Origin: Octopus sinensis
Taxonomy: Eukaryota
NCBI RefSeq assembly: GCF_006345805.1
Contig: NW_021824295.1
Location: 1-20,340 of the forward strand
Length of the DNA: 20,340 nucleotides
Direction: 5' to 3'
Below, piece after piece: positions 1-10,977 of this stretch; the stretch's first letter is position 1; every line of letters begins with the position of its first letter. Under the pieces are notes generated by a model. It saw nothing but the letters and a program-made list of their open reading frames with translations, did not search any database and had not been told where the DNA came from. The position numbers and the translations under genes were made by a program.

Positions 1-13
1 CATTAAAAGGCTC

Positions 14-180
14 CGACATGGTTGTGTGGTAAGAACATTCCTGCTCAACCAAAGGGTTCTGAGTTCTGCCCCACTGCATTACACTTTGGACAGGTGTCTT
101 TTGCTATAGCCTTAGGCTGGCCAAAGCCTTATGAGTGGATCTGGTTGAAAGAAACTGAAAAAAGCCCATCGTATATGTAT
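14..180 (+). mobile_element. Degraded 5' part of a tRNA-derived SINE
   Basis: tRNA-like head (TGTGTGGTAAGA...GGGTTCTGAGTTCTGCCCC) followed by GCCAAAGCCTTATGAGTGGATCTGG...GAAACTGAAAAAAGCCC. It resembles a recurrent octopus SINE recalled from memory; not database-checked. Confidence 0.65.
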
Positions 181-239
181 ACATATATACAAATACAAGT
201 AAATAAATGAAGTTGAATGCAGATGCTATTCAAATTCTT

Positions 240-330
240 TTACTATCGACATATGTTTCGAAGACAACATTGGTTTTATTCCAAAGGAATAAACGGTGTC
301 AATTACAATCTTCTCATCAGGAAAGAAAGA
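240..330 (-). ncRNA. Minimal type I hammerhead ribozyme motif
   Basis: Minus strand reads CUGAUGA (320-314), stem II GAAGA/UCUUC with an internal UUUAUUCC/GGAAUAAA hairpin, GAAA (259-256), palindromic stem III ACAUAUGU and a GUC cleavage triplet (250-248). Stem I is short and imperfect. Confidence 0.75.
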
Positions 331-469
331 GAACCTATCTCAACATTTTCCATGTTAACAGTAAACAAAGGATAATTTATTCATCCATTTATATATACAA
401 ATATATATGTATGTATTTTCTTTTTTTAAAGCATTCACTAATTACAGGATCCTTAGAGCACTGAAAACC

Positions 470-918
470 TAAGAGTTACTAGAATAAAATGGACACCAGA
501 CAGAAGTCAATAGGTGAAGATGTACATTAGACTTAAAAGACTGAAGGACATATTAAAGCGGAAAAGAAGACTGTGGAAGGGAATTCCAAAGTTCAGAGGC
601 GTGAGGGAAGAAACTGGTTCTGTAAAGGGCTTTACGGCGCTTAGGAGGTTGCACGGGATACTGATGGATACAAGTCTGGTTGATCGGTGATAAGTTCTTG
701 GAGGAGGAACCAGAGAGGAGAGCTCAGCTGAACAATGTCTATGGAAATACTTATAGAAAAGGGACAAGGAAGACCCACATGATGACGATGAGAGAGTGAA
801 TCCAATTTAGAAGATAGATCAGGACCAATAGAATATGAATACAGCATCGAATGCAGCCCAACAGAGTGAAACAATCTGCAGGAGCACCTGCCCATAAGTG
901 AGAACAGTACTCAATGCA
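470..918 (-). mobile_element. 3' fragment of a CR1/L2-group LINE (end of ORF2, frameshifted)
   Basis: Minus-strand frames give CIEYCSHLWAGAPA, IGPDLSSKLDSLSHR and SLFYKYFHRHCSAELSSLVPPP, typical of the post-RT C-terminus of CR1/L2-like ORF2. Homology stops at 918; the left boundary is approximate. Confidence 0.8.
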
Positions 919-1793
919 TCTCTTATGATAAAATGCAGATTTTCTCTGCCTCCCAAACCGTTCGTTTTTTACACAATTCTACAATACAGAAATTCTTCAA
1001 TTGGAATTTACCTATAATTTTTCTAAGTAGAATCCATTGGGTCATGGCATGTAAAGTTTTTTCAATTTCACCCCCAATTAAGAAAAAATTCGAGAAAACT
1101 CAATATTTTACGATTTCCCTCTTTCAGTTCAAGTGCTTCACTCCTACCATTACCACTACACTTTCTCCACCTTTCTCTTTGCAAGTGTGCAACAATTAAA
1201 GTGAAAGTATTTATATAAAAGGGATGAGCAATTAATACTGGTCATCCTTTTTGCTAGAAGATCCGCTATGGTCTTATATGCTACACCACTGGTTTTCAAT
1301 TCATATTAATCAAATTAATATTCAATTTTTCACCCTTATTATGTGTGTGTGTATCTCTTATGATAAAAGGCAGATTTTCTCTGCCTCCCAAACCGTTCGT
1401 TTTTTATACAATTCTGCAATATAGAATTTATTCAATTGGAATTTACCTATCATTTTTCAAAGTAGAATCCATTGGGTCATGGCATGTAAAGTTTTTTTCA
1501 ATTTCACCCCCAATTAAGAAAAAATTCGAGAAAACTTAATATTTTACGATTTCCCTCTTTCATTTCAAGTGCTTCACTCCTACCATTACCACTACACTTT
1601 CTCCTCCTTTCTCTTTGCAAGTGTGCAACAATTAAAGTGAAAGTATTTATATAAAAGGGATGAGCAATTAATACTGGTCATCCTTTTTGCTACAAGAAGA
1701 TCCGCTATGGTCTTATATGCTACACCACTGGTTTTCAATTCATATTAATCAACTTAATATTCAATTTTTCACCCTTATTATGTGTGTGTGTAT
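919..1793 (+). repeat. Head-to-tail tandem duplication of a ~435-bp unit with non-autonomous Helitron-like ends
   Basis: Copies at 919-1353 and 1354-1793 differ mainly by substitutions. Each starts A|TC. Copy 2 has a GGCAGA/TCTGCC subterminal hairpin (1369-1385; one mismatch in copy 1). Both contain a GGATGA/TCATCC hairpin, followed by CTAG in copy 1 (1254-1257) and CTAC in copy 2. The duplication is directly visible; the Helitron identity is inferred. Confidence 0.8.
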
Positions 1794-2021
1794 TAGCAAT
1801 TCGTATAAAATTGCATCAATGACTTGAACTTGAATAAGTGGTTTCACATAAATGGGGATACATTAAAAAGGTTTGTTGTTATTATTATTACTGTTTGACT
1901 ATTGTAATCACGTTTGTTGGTTCCTCGTCAGGGAAACGTTGTTGTGTTGCATTTGTTAAATAATTGTAAACCGTAACCCTCCCCCTTTTGGAGAAGGGGC
2001 TTTGGTTATTGTTTTAAAATT

Positions 2022-2860
2022 GGACGATGCAAGCTTATCGTTTGGGATGAATGCACGATGGCCCACAGAGGTGCTCTTGAGGCACTAGATAGATCGCTCA
2101 GAGACATCAAACACTCTTCAGCTCCCATGGGAGGCATAACACTTCTTCTTTCAGGGGACTTCCGACAAACACTTCCCGTTATTCCCAAAGGGACTAGAAC
2201 TGATGCAGTAAGTGCGTGTCTTAAGTCATCCACATTGTGGCCACTGGTGAAGATTCTCAAATTTCACACCAATATGCGTGTTTATATGCGACATAATATC
2301 ACATCAGCAGCATTTTCTCACACCCTCCTTGCACTTGGCGAAGGCAAAATACCAGGGGATGAAAATGGTAATATTGCCATCGATTCCATTTGTACCATTG
2401 TTAAAACGCCTTCTGATCTCAGAGATGCAGTGTTCCCAGATCTACAAGCTAATTATCAGAATATGGATTGGATTGGCCAAAGGGCTATTCTGGCCCCGAG
2501 GAATAAAACTGTTCACCATATTAATGATGAAATGCTAAAACTCATTCCTGGGGATGTCTATGTATATAAGTCTATCGATACAACTCCTGACCAGAGGACG
2601 TCATCAACTATCCAACAGAGGTACTCAATTCCTTTGAGCCCACCGGACTACCACCACACATTCTCAAACTTAAAGTTGGTGCCCCTATAGAAATTTGGTT
2701 CCCCCAAAACAATGCAATGGCACACGTTTGATCGTTAAGTCCTTATCTCCCACCGTAAACTTATATCGATATTTGCCTGAATAATCATCATAATTCAGTG
2801 CAATCATTAACAGTACTTTCAAGCAATTCAGCCCCGAGCATCGCCGGGCAATTCTGCTAG
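2022..2860 (+). mobile_element. Helitron remnant: PIF1-family helicase fragment plus 3' terminus
   Basis: RCKLIVWDECTMAH (Walker B), LLLSGDFRQTLPV, RAILAPRN, then shifted frames NYPTEVLNSFEPTGLPPHILKLKVGAPI and CNGTRLIVKSL. The helicase is lost after ~2757. A GC hairpin CCCG..CGGG (2833-2848) precedes CTAG (2857-2860) followed by T. Confidence 0.92.
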
Positions 2861-3078
<218 letters not shown>

Positions 3079-3578
3079 ATGTATATGGGTTATTCCATAT
3101 CAAATCATCCAGTTTCAGAAAAATTTCCCTGGTCACCCCCTCAGATCCCTCTGAAAAAATTCATACCAGCTCCTGCAGAATTAATATGATTCACATTTGT
3201 GTCTGACCTAAGTATGTTTTAAAATTATGACTTCTTTGGTCATGTGTTCAAGGTTATCGGACAAAGAAGGTTGCTCAAGGAGCTGCCTTCCAAATGTTTA
3301 TGTACATACATATATAGGGATGGGAGCATGCATGTATGGATATATGTATAGAATGTTAATAAAGTATAGAAATCATGCTTTATGAAACATACACGTATTT
3401 TGGTAAATTACTGCTAGTATTACGTAATTGCTTTTAGAAACATTATATAATCTCGTAAACACCTCTTCAGTATTTAGCAAAATATACAAAGAATGGTGCT
3501 AAATGCTCAACATTCCTGTTAAGCATATTATCTACATCAGTGGGATGACAAAATCTACACACCATCGTCATATCATAC

Positions 3579-3735
3579 CTGGTAAATCTGTCAATGATAC
3601 ACCATATGCTATATTCATAAGAGCTTGTTCTTCTTCATTACCAAATAACAGGGAGTTTTGTAGACATGCTTGGAAAAACTGTCTTGAATCTCTAGGGTGA
3701 CATAGCATCAGTATATCTGAGGCTTTTAATGTTAT
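3579..3735 (-). CDS. Coding exon 3 of NB-ARC/STAND NLR-like gene (helical, TPR-like region)
   Basis: Acceptor TTTGTCTTTTAG (AG 3737-3736) and donor GTATGA (3578). The 157 bp are stop-free in phase 0: ITLKASDILMLCHPRDSRQFFQACLQNSLLFGNEEEQALMNIAYGVSLTDLP(G). Phase matches the donor at 4665. Not in the ORF track. Confidence 0.8.
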
Positions 3736-3785
3736 CTAAAAGACAAAGACAGTAACATGTGTTAATATTTTGTCTGTAGAAATAA

Positions 3786-3870
3786 TGTGGTGAGCTGGCA
3801 GAACCATTAGCACACTAAACAGAATGCTTGGTGGCATTTTGTCTGCCTTCGTGTTCTGAGTTCAAATCAA
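3786..3870 (+). mobile_element. Degraded SINE head
   Basis: GGTGAGCTGGCAGAACCATTAGCAC...GTTCTGAGTTCAAAT aligns by eye with the SINE starting at 17385. Confidence 0.7.
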
Positions 3871-3968
3871 TTTTCCTCTTCCCACAAATTGCTGGCCTTG
3901 TAGCAAAATTTGAAATCAACGTTTTTATGAAAAATATTAATGATTTCAAATCTTTTCTGCCCCAGGGA

Positions 3969-4001
<33 letters not shown>

Positions 4002-4020
4002 TAATAATAATAATAATAAT
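3969..4020. repeat. (AAT)n microsatellite
   Basis: Directly visible. Confidence 0.95.
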
Positions 4021-4116
4021 TCTTTCTACTACTTTTCCCTTCTTTGTCAGTGTTGATAACTTTAAGTTTCACATCAGATCATTTGCAAGCCCTTGAGAAT
4101 GCAGCATATACCTGAC

Positions 4117-4350
4117 CTATTTCTTTTACTACCCACAAGGGGCTAAACACAGAGGGGACAAACAAGGACAGACAAACGGATTAAGTCGATTACATTGACC
4201 CCAGTGCGTAACTGGTACTTGATTTATCGACCCCGAAAGGATGAAAGGCAAAGTCGACCTCGGCGGAATTTGAACCAAGAACGTAACGGCAGACGAAATA
4301 TGGCTAAGCATTTCGTCCGGCGTGCTGACGTTTCTGCCAGCTCGCCACCT
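4117..4350 (-). mobile_element. tRNA-derived SINE with target-site duplication
   Basis: Reverse complement of the SINE at 17385-17620. Flanked by TATACCTGAC at 4107-4116 and 4351-4360. Confidence 0.9.
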
Positions 4351-4665
4351 TATACCTGACAGCATATACCTGGCCATGGCTGAATACAGGTTCAGGTAAG
4401 AATAGCCCCATTTTATTAAAAGTCTTCTGTTGTGATTTACTGATAGTCACTGCATATGACAGGCGAACGGGGAACTGGTGAATGGCAAGTTTTGGATGTG
4501 CATGCAAACTCTTATATGGACCTCCATGGGCCATATGGCCCTCAATTGAGAACCAATGGTAAAGATGTGGGAAGATGTAACTCAGGTTAAACGAAAATGC
4601 GACATATGAAAGACTGACTTACAACACAAGATACAAGACACGTTGTTAAGGACAAAATATCTTAC

Positions 4666-5691
4666 CTCATAATAAACTCCATATGTCCTACCATCTGAGG
4701 GTGCATCAATCCCTTTCTTCATCAGAAACGAAATATTTTCCCAGTTGTTGTTCATTATTCCGAGTGCTTCATATATGAGGCCTTTATCATAAATATCTTG
4801 AGCCTTCATCAGACTTTTCCCAATAATGTTTGTATATTTGAGCTTTACCAAATCATTGCTGTGTACATTGTCAATCTGTTGTTTAGTAATTGCACGTATT
4901 AATTCTTGTACTTGGAAATACTGTAATTCTAAATCTGAACTGATCAAACCTTGCTCCACAAGTGGCATCAAAACATGCATCTTGGAAGCTGGTTGACTAG
5001 AAGAACCAGTCATTTCAACAGCTTCCTCAATACCAAATCTTCCAGGAAAATATGAAAGCACTTTGAGAGCTTCTTGCTGTTCGTGAGAGAGTTGAGAAAA
5101 GTACTTGTCCATTTCTTGTTTGATATTACGTCTGTTAATTGTACATTCGTCCAGCCAGTCATTGAGCTTGGTTTCATCACAAATCATTTTGTAGATATCA
5201 TTAAAAGAGAAATTATGACGAAACTGGGAGAATTTTTCTGCAAAGTAAATAAGAAGTCCTGGCAGGCCACAGGCATATCTGATGATGTTGTGTATTTGTT
5301 CTTTGTTCTCATCATCCGTCTCAATGTCTGAACAGCGACCGAAAAGAAGCTGGGCATCTTTAATGGACAATGGACTCACTTTACACTCTGCAAATCTGAT
5401 TCTATCAAACTGAAATGGTTTTCCACCACTTAAAATGAGAATGATTTTTAGATTTCTGTGCAGTGAAAAGTCATTGTCGCAAAGCTCCTGGAAACCTGGA
5501 AGGAAGCTTTCTTGAATGTTCTGGAAATCATCAAAAATACAAATTTTCCATTTCGTGTTGGTGATACTGGAACAATTGGTGAATGTATTGTACATGTTGG
5601 AAATATCAGACCAACTGCTATTATTAGAAATATGGATGTGTTTTATGTGGAGTCTTTCGGGGTTGATTTCATCCTTCAATTCTTGACAGAC
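4666..5691 (-). CDS. Coding exon 2 of NB-ARC/STAND NLR-like gene (NTPase core, helical domain and winged helix)
   Basis: 1026-bp open exon with acceptor GACAG (AG 5693-5692) and donor GTAAGA (4665), both phase 0. Contains Walker B KICIFDDF, YACGLPGLL (GxP) and YFQVQELIRA at the MHD position. Confidence 0.92.
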
Positions 5692-6045
5692 CTGTCATAT
5701 TAGAAACATAACATTAGAACAAGTTCAAAGATTTCCATAGATTCACTTATCATTTTATTGGTCTCTCAGTTTTTCTCTTTCTCTGTCTGACTTTATTACT
5801 CCCTCTCAATAACTGTTTCTTTGTCTATTCTTTTGTCTATGCATTAGTTCAGGGTATCCTTTATATTCCTTCATATTCATCTTACAGTTTGTCTAAGTAT
5901 CTTTCTGGATAACAGTTTGTCACTTTGCCATTCTATCTCTTTAATTATCTTTCTATTAATTACACAGTTGCTTCATCTCTTTTACTATCCATCTCTTATT
6001 TCATCTACATCTCTCTCACTCTCTGTCTATCAATCAATTATTCTT

Positions 6046-6255
6046 GTGCTTGAGAAGATCTGTCAAGTCAAGTGAGGTCGTAGTCAGGGCTGATGCTGGT
6101 GTTTCGTAACTGGCACGTGAAAAACACCCCTTACACTCTTGCAGTGGTTGGTGTTAGGAGGGGCACCCATCTGTAGAAACCATGACAAATTAGAGTGGAA
6201 CCTGGTGAATCTCCCCAGCTTACCAGTTTTCAGTCAAACTGGCAGACCCTCTACA
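6046..6255 (+). mobile_element. Degraded interspersed repeat (RTE-type SINE/LINE tail)
   Basis: TGGCACGTGAAAAACACC..CACTCTTGCAGTGGTTGGTGTTAGGAGGGGCACCCATCTGTAGAAAC resembles a common cephalopod retroposon segment recalled from memory. Confidence 0.5.
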
Positions 6256-6420
6256 GCCAGATGCCCCCCTGACACCAAACTTACTTGTTTCCAAGGAAAT
6301 ATTTCTCTATAGGAAATTTCCATGGAATATTGGAAGTTAACGACATTCATTTACAAGAAATCTACAATGTCAAGCCGAGGAGATGCAAACATACAGACAC
6401 ACACAAACACACATATACAC

Positions 6421-6885
6421 ACCTGTCTGCCTACCTACCTACCTACCTACCTACCTACCTACCTACCTACCTACCAACCTACCTACCTACCTACCTACCT
6501 ACCTGCCTACCTACATACATACATACATACATACATACCTATCTACCTAACTGCCTACCTACTTACCTACCAACCTAACTACATACCTACCTATATACCT
6601 ACCTACCTACCTACCTACCTACTTACATACCTACCTACCTACCTACCTACCTACCTATCTACCTACCTACCTGCCTACCTACATACATACATACCTACCT
6701 ATCTACCTAACTGTCTACCTACTTACCTACCTATCTACCTACCTACCTACCTACCTACCTACCTACCTAACTACCTACCTACCTACCTACCTACCTACCT
6801 ACCTACCTACCTGCCTGTCTACCTGCCTGTCTACCTACCTACCTACCTACCTACCTATCTACCTACCCACTCACTTACATACATA
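6421..6885. repeat. (CCTA)n/(CATA)n microsatellite
   Basis: Directly visible. Confidence 0.95.
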
Positions 6886-7200
6886 ATATATAAAGCAGTC
6901 AAACTTCTCTCAAACTGCCCATCTTCTTCATAACATAGGACAGGATACATTAAATAATATGATCATTGCCATAGACAGAATGGTTACAGGAGAAATACCT
7001 TTGATCATAGGTCAACCATCAACTCACCAAACGGTACAAAGACTTCAGTGACTGCCATTGTATGGGATTGAACAAGAAATGCTTTTCTCTTTAGTCAGTA
7101 ACTTAACTGTAAAACCTCAAGGATCCCTAATAACCTACAGAAAGGCAAAATGCAATAAGGTTAACGTAAAGAAAAGAGAAAACAATAGTAAATTTCTTAC

Positions 7201-7380
7201 AGTTTTCACAAGACTTGTTTTGCCAACATAAGGCAGTCCATAAACTTGTATTATTTGAGTATCTTCATCCTTGATCAAGATCTTCAGTTCTTCCCTCTCA
7301 TAATGTCGTCCAACAAAGTGTCTGCCAGAATTGCCTTGATGTCTCATGTAATTGGGGGGTAATCGATATGGTGTTGCCAT
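7201..7380 (-). CDS. Coding exon 1 of NB-ARC/STAND NLR-like gene (start, FVGR motif, P-loop)
   Basis: ATG in AGTATGG context. MATPYRLPP...HFVGRHYEREELK...IIQVYGLPYVGKTSLVKT, then donor GTAAGA at 7200, joining in phase 0 to VCQELKDE at 5691. A strong acceptor lies upstream (AG 7435-7434). Confidence 0.88.
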
Positions 7381-7974
7381 ACTGATAATTTAGAAATTTC
7401 TTTCGTCTTTCTGAATTTTCAAAAGCTGGAATTCTGGTGAAGATAAACAGAAGAGATAATTGTTGTGTCATGGGATAAAGTGGGACCCTCAACTATGTAT
7501 GATGCTTAGAAAAATAAAATTCTATAAATTTTCCACAAGAACAAATTCTACATCAAACTTAGGTGATGGGACACTTGCAAATGATGGAGGGTTCGAAGAA
7601 GTCGTTGAGGATTCTGCTGTTGAATTGCTCGTGTCCCAGATAGATTGTTAATTAATCAAGGAACTGATTTTGTTAGATCAAGAGTAAAATGAGTAATGGT
7701 CGTGCCGGATATCTTGGAAGTTTTCTTTACATCTTTGAAACTGAAACCAAAAAAGATTAGTATGACTGGAAACAAAAGTAAGAGCTTGTTACGGTTATCA
7801 TTTTAGATTTTCAGGAGAAATTGTAACCAGCAGTGGTTTGTTATGACGTTTCGTATCTGAAGCAAATGAGTGCTGGCTATAATTTCTTAAGGAAATCTTT
7901 AGAGATGACTTTAACATGTGATTTAATAGCACTGCTAACACAGGAGAAAACAGTATCGACTTATAAGAGTATTT

Positions 7975-9886
7975 AAGTGAAACTGGTCAGACAAGTACCA
8001 AGAAGCTTTGGAAGAAATTTCTTAATGTCAGAATTCTCATTATCACATTTTGACCCGAATTTACAAACGGTAGTGGCATCAGACACTAGTGAAAATGGTA
8101 TTGGAGCTGTGAATTTACACAATTATGAAGATGCTAGCATGAAAGCTGTAGCTCATGCATTCCTTATTTCTGGCTGAGAAAATTTACAGTCAAATAGAGA
8201 AGGAAGAATTAGCCATCATATTTGTGGTAATGAAATTCCATAAATTTATCCTTGGAAGACAATTCTGCTTGCAGACAGACCACCACCCATTATTATCAAT
8301 CTATGGGTAAAAAATTGTATTCCCACACATGCAGCCAACAGAATGCAATGCTGGGGAATGATCTTAGGGAATCATGACTTAAAAATGGAGTATTTGCTGT
8401 CTAAAAAATAGGTACATTCAGATAGTTTGTTGAGGTTTAATACTAAAATATAGTGAACCACTAGGAGACACAGTGATAGTGGCGTTAAGAGCCGAAAATG
8501 GAATAAAAGGTATATTATGCAATGTTGTGCATGAATTACCTATCATATTGGATGAAATAAAAATTAAGGCGGAGATGGATGAGTTTATTATGAAAATGAA
8601 AAAATAGAGAGATCAGAAGAAACAAATGAAAAATGTGTTTTGTTGGATGAAACACAGTTTTGAACTTGTGTTTGATATGTGATAATGTGCTTATGTATGC
8701 ACAGATGATCGTAGTGCCTGCCTCATTACAAGATCAAATGTTAAAGGAATTCCACACTAGACATTCAGGAATTTCTAGAATGAAGTCACTTAGTAGTAGT
8801 TATCTGTACTGGCCAAAAGTAGATCTAGATATCGAGAAGCTGGTAAAATCCTGCAGAGGCTGTGCTCTTGCAGCAAAGTCACCACCTTCAAAATTTCGAT
8901 CTTTGCCCAAGACTGATTTTCCATGGACCAGGCTACACCATAAATTTAGCAGGACCATTAAATGGATCTTATTATCTAATAGGGGTATATAGATTTACAA
9001 AATTGCCAGAAATGTATAAATGTAGAAAATTGATCTCCACTGTATTAACAGTGGATTTACTACACGAACATTTTGCAAAGTGTGGTGTTCCGGGCACCAT
9101 GATCTCCTGATAATGGTAAACAATTTATTGCAAGTGAATTTAAGAGATTTTGCAAGACACTCTCAATTAAGCATATCACTACTTCTCTGGGTTACCCAAG
9201 ATCGAACAGATAAGCTGAGGAAATCCAGAAATGAGGTCGTGGATGATGTAACATTGCAACTATTCCTGAGCATTTACTGTGTAACACAAAACGCAAATAC
9301 CGCTTCAGGCATGTTGCCTGCTGAACTGACCTTGGCAAGAAAAATTACGTCAGCTTTGACAAGTTATTATCTGGAAGAAAAGTAAAAGCCAGGGAAAGCA
9401 CTAAAAATATGACCAAGTATTTAAAAACTGGTGATAAGGTGTTTTTCAGAGTGTACAGAAATAGAAAAGAAGGTTAGGAAGATGGCATAATAATGAAACG
9501 GATTGGTAAAATCATGTACATGGTGTAAGGTTCAAAATGGGAATGTAAAAGACATAAATCAGCTAAAAGGGGTTTGCTGAAGAAAGGGTTACAAGGAAAG
9601 AAGTACCCATGGAAGTTCTTTACTATATTTTTGATGTGCCGACTCCACAAAAATATCAGTGAACCAAGGATTACCTGTAAAAATAAAAGAAAACATAAGA
9701 AATTGCTAGAAGTAGTTCCAAAACGGAAAACTTTTAAGCTTCCAAGGGTAGTCAGTCTCAAAATGGGAGATGGAAGGTTGTGAATTTTTTCGTATTCAAG
9801 TATGATAAATTGAAAAACAAAATTCTTTTAGTATTGAAATAAGAAGGAAAATTTGAGAAGGTTAGGGGAAAAAGGCTGAGTGGAGA
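7975..9886 (+). mobile_element. Decayed Ty3/Gypsy pol (RT end, RNase H, integrase), 5'-truncated
   Basis: LSHFDPNLQTVVASDTSENGIGAV and [11 protein letters not shown] (RNase H); LKEFHTRHSG...CRGC (integrase zinc finger); PWTRLH, AGP and DNGKQF (integrase core). Many stops and frameshifts. Purine-rich GGGGAAAAAGGCTGAGTGGAGA immediately before TGTTG at 9887. Confidence 0.9.
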
Positions 9887-10058
9887 TGTTGTTATTTGTA
9901 TTGTGAGAATAGTTTTAGTGATTGATGTTTGCAGGTACAAATTGTACTGCTGCATTCATTACGGCAACCCTGGTTGACTACCATGAAATATAAAAAGAAC
10001 TTTTTCCAATTCATCAAACTTCGATAACAAAAATAATCCAAAACCTTCTGTCTCAACA
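9887..10058 (+). mobile_element. Putative 3' LTR of the Gypsy element
   Basis: Begins TGTTG right after the PPT and contains TATAAAA (~9989). CAACA at 10054-10058 is a possible end, but the right boundary is uncertain and no 5' LTR is present for comparison. Confidence 0.5.
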
Positions 10059-10134
10059 AACCATTGTTCCTGAAAGTTGTTTTTGTATTTACTACGCATT
10101 GCTTGAAGCCAACTTTTCCTCCTAAACCTCAATC

Positions 10135-10312
10135 CTTAGATCTTATATCTATATATACATCTATATATATACCTATATCTATATCTATATCTATCAATCT
10201 ATCTATCCATCTATCTATCTGTCTATCTATCTATATAAGATATATATATATATGTGTGTGTGTGTGTATGTATATATACATATATATATGTGTGTGTGTG
10301 TATATATGTATA
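10135..10312. repeat. (TATC)n/(TA)n/(TG)n microsatellite
   Basis: Directly visible. Confidence 0.9.
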
Positions 10313-10718
10313 TATATTATATTATATTAAATTAGAGATAAAACCACTATTAGGCAAATAAAACAGTGAAAAACATAAGCCAATACATAAAATTAATTTA
10401 AAAATATAAAACTGAAAAAATTATTTAAATAATTTAAATTTATAAATTTTAAATATATATATATACAAATATACATATATATATATATATGTATGCATAT
10501 TATATATTTATATATTATTTGATTAATTAATTAATTAATTAATTAATTTATTTATTTATTTATTTATTTAAAAAAATTTATTTTTATGTAAATATCAAAC
10601 GTATTAAAAGTTTAGTCTTTATCTTTCATTAAACTTTTAATACTTTTGATATTTATATAAAAAATAAAATAAATAAATAAATAAATTAATAAATAAAATA
10701 ATATATAAATATAAAAAT

Positions 10719-10757
<39 letters not shown>

Positions 10758-10901
10758 AAATTTATAAATTTAAATTATTTAAATAATCTTTTAATTTTTA
10801 ACTTTTATATTTTTAAATCAATTTTATGTATTGGCTTATGTTTTTCACTGTTTTATTTGACTAATAGTGGTTTTATCTCTAATTTAATATAATATAATAT
10901 A
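10313..10901. repeat. ~590-bp AT-rich near-perfect palindrome (foldback/MITE-like)
   Basis: ATTAGAGATAAAACCACTATTAGGCAAATAAAACAGTG... is mirrored at ~10845-10885. The arms remain complementary to the centre (ATCAAACGTATTAAAAGTTTA / TAAACTTTTAATACTTTTGAT) around a 15-nt loop at 10615-10629. Confidence 0.9.
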
Positions 10902-10905
10902 TATA

Positions 10906-10937
<32 letters not shown>

Positions 10938-10940
10938 TTG

Positions 10941-10974
<34 letters not shown>

Positions 10975-10977
10975 ATA

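Noticed and set aside
1900-1945. CUGACGA on the minus strand (1931-1925)
   Set aside because: No complementary stem II strand followed by GAAA, so not a complete hammerhead
4582-4665. C-terminal tail VRYFVLNN...FRLT of the 365-aa ORF and its TTG start at 5679
   Set aside because: The tail is read-through past the GTAAGA donor at 4665; the true exon is 5691-4666
4715-4815. CUGAUGA matches inside the large coding exon
   Set aside because: Chance matches within codons, without a hammerhead fold
7460-7651. Ser/Thr-rich minus-strand frame (SIWDTSNSTAESSTTSSNPPS...) as a possible upstream exon
   Set aside because: No convincing donor, it ends in a stop, and it cannot reach the P-loop frame through the 7433 acceptor
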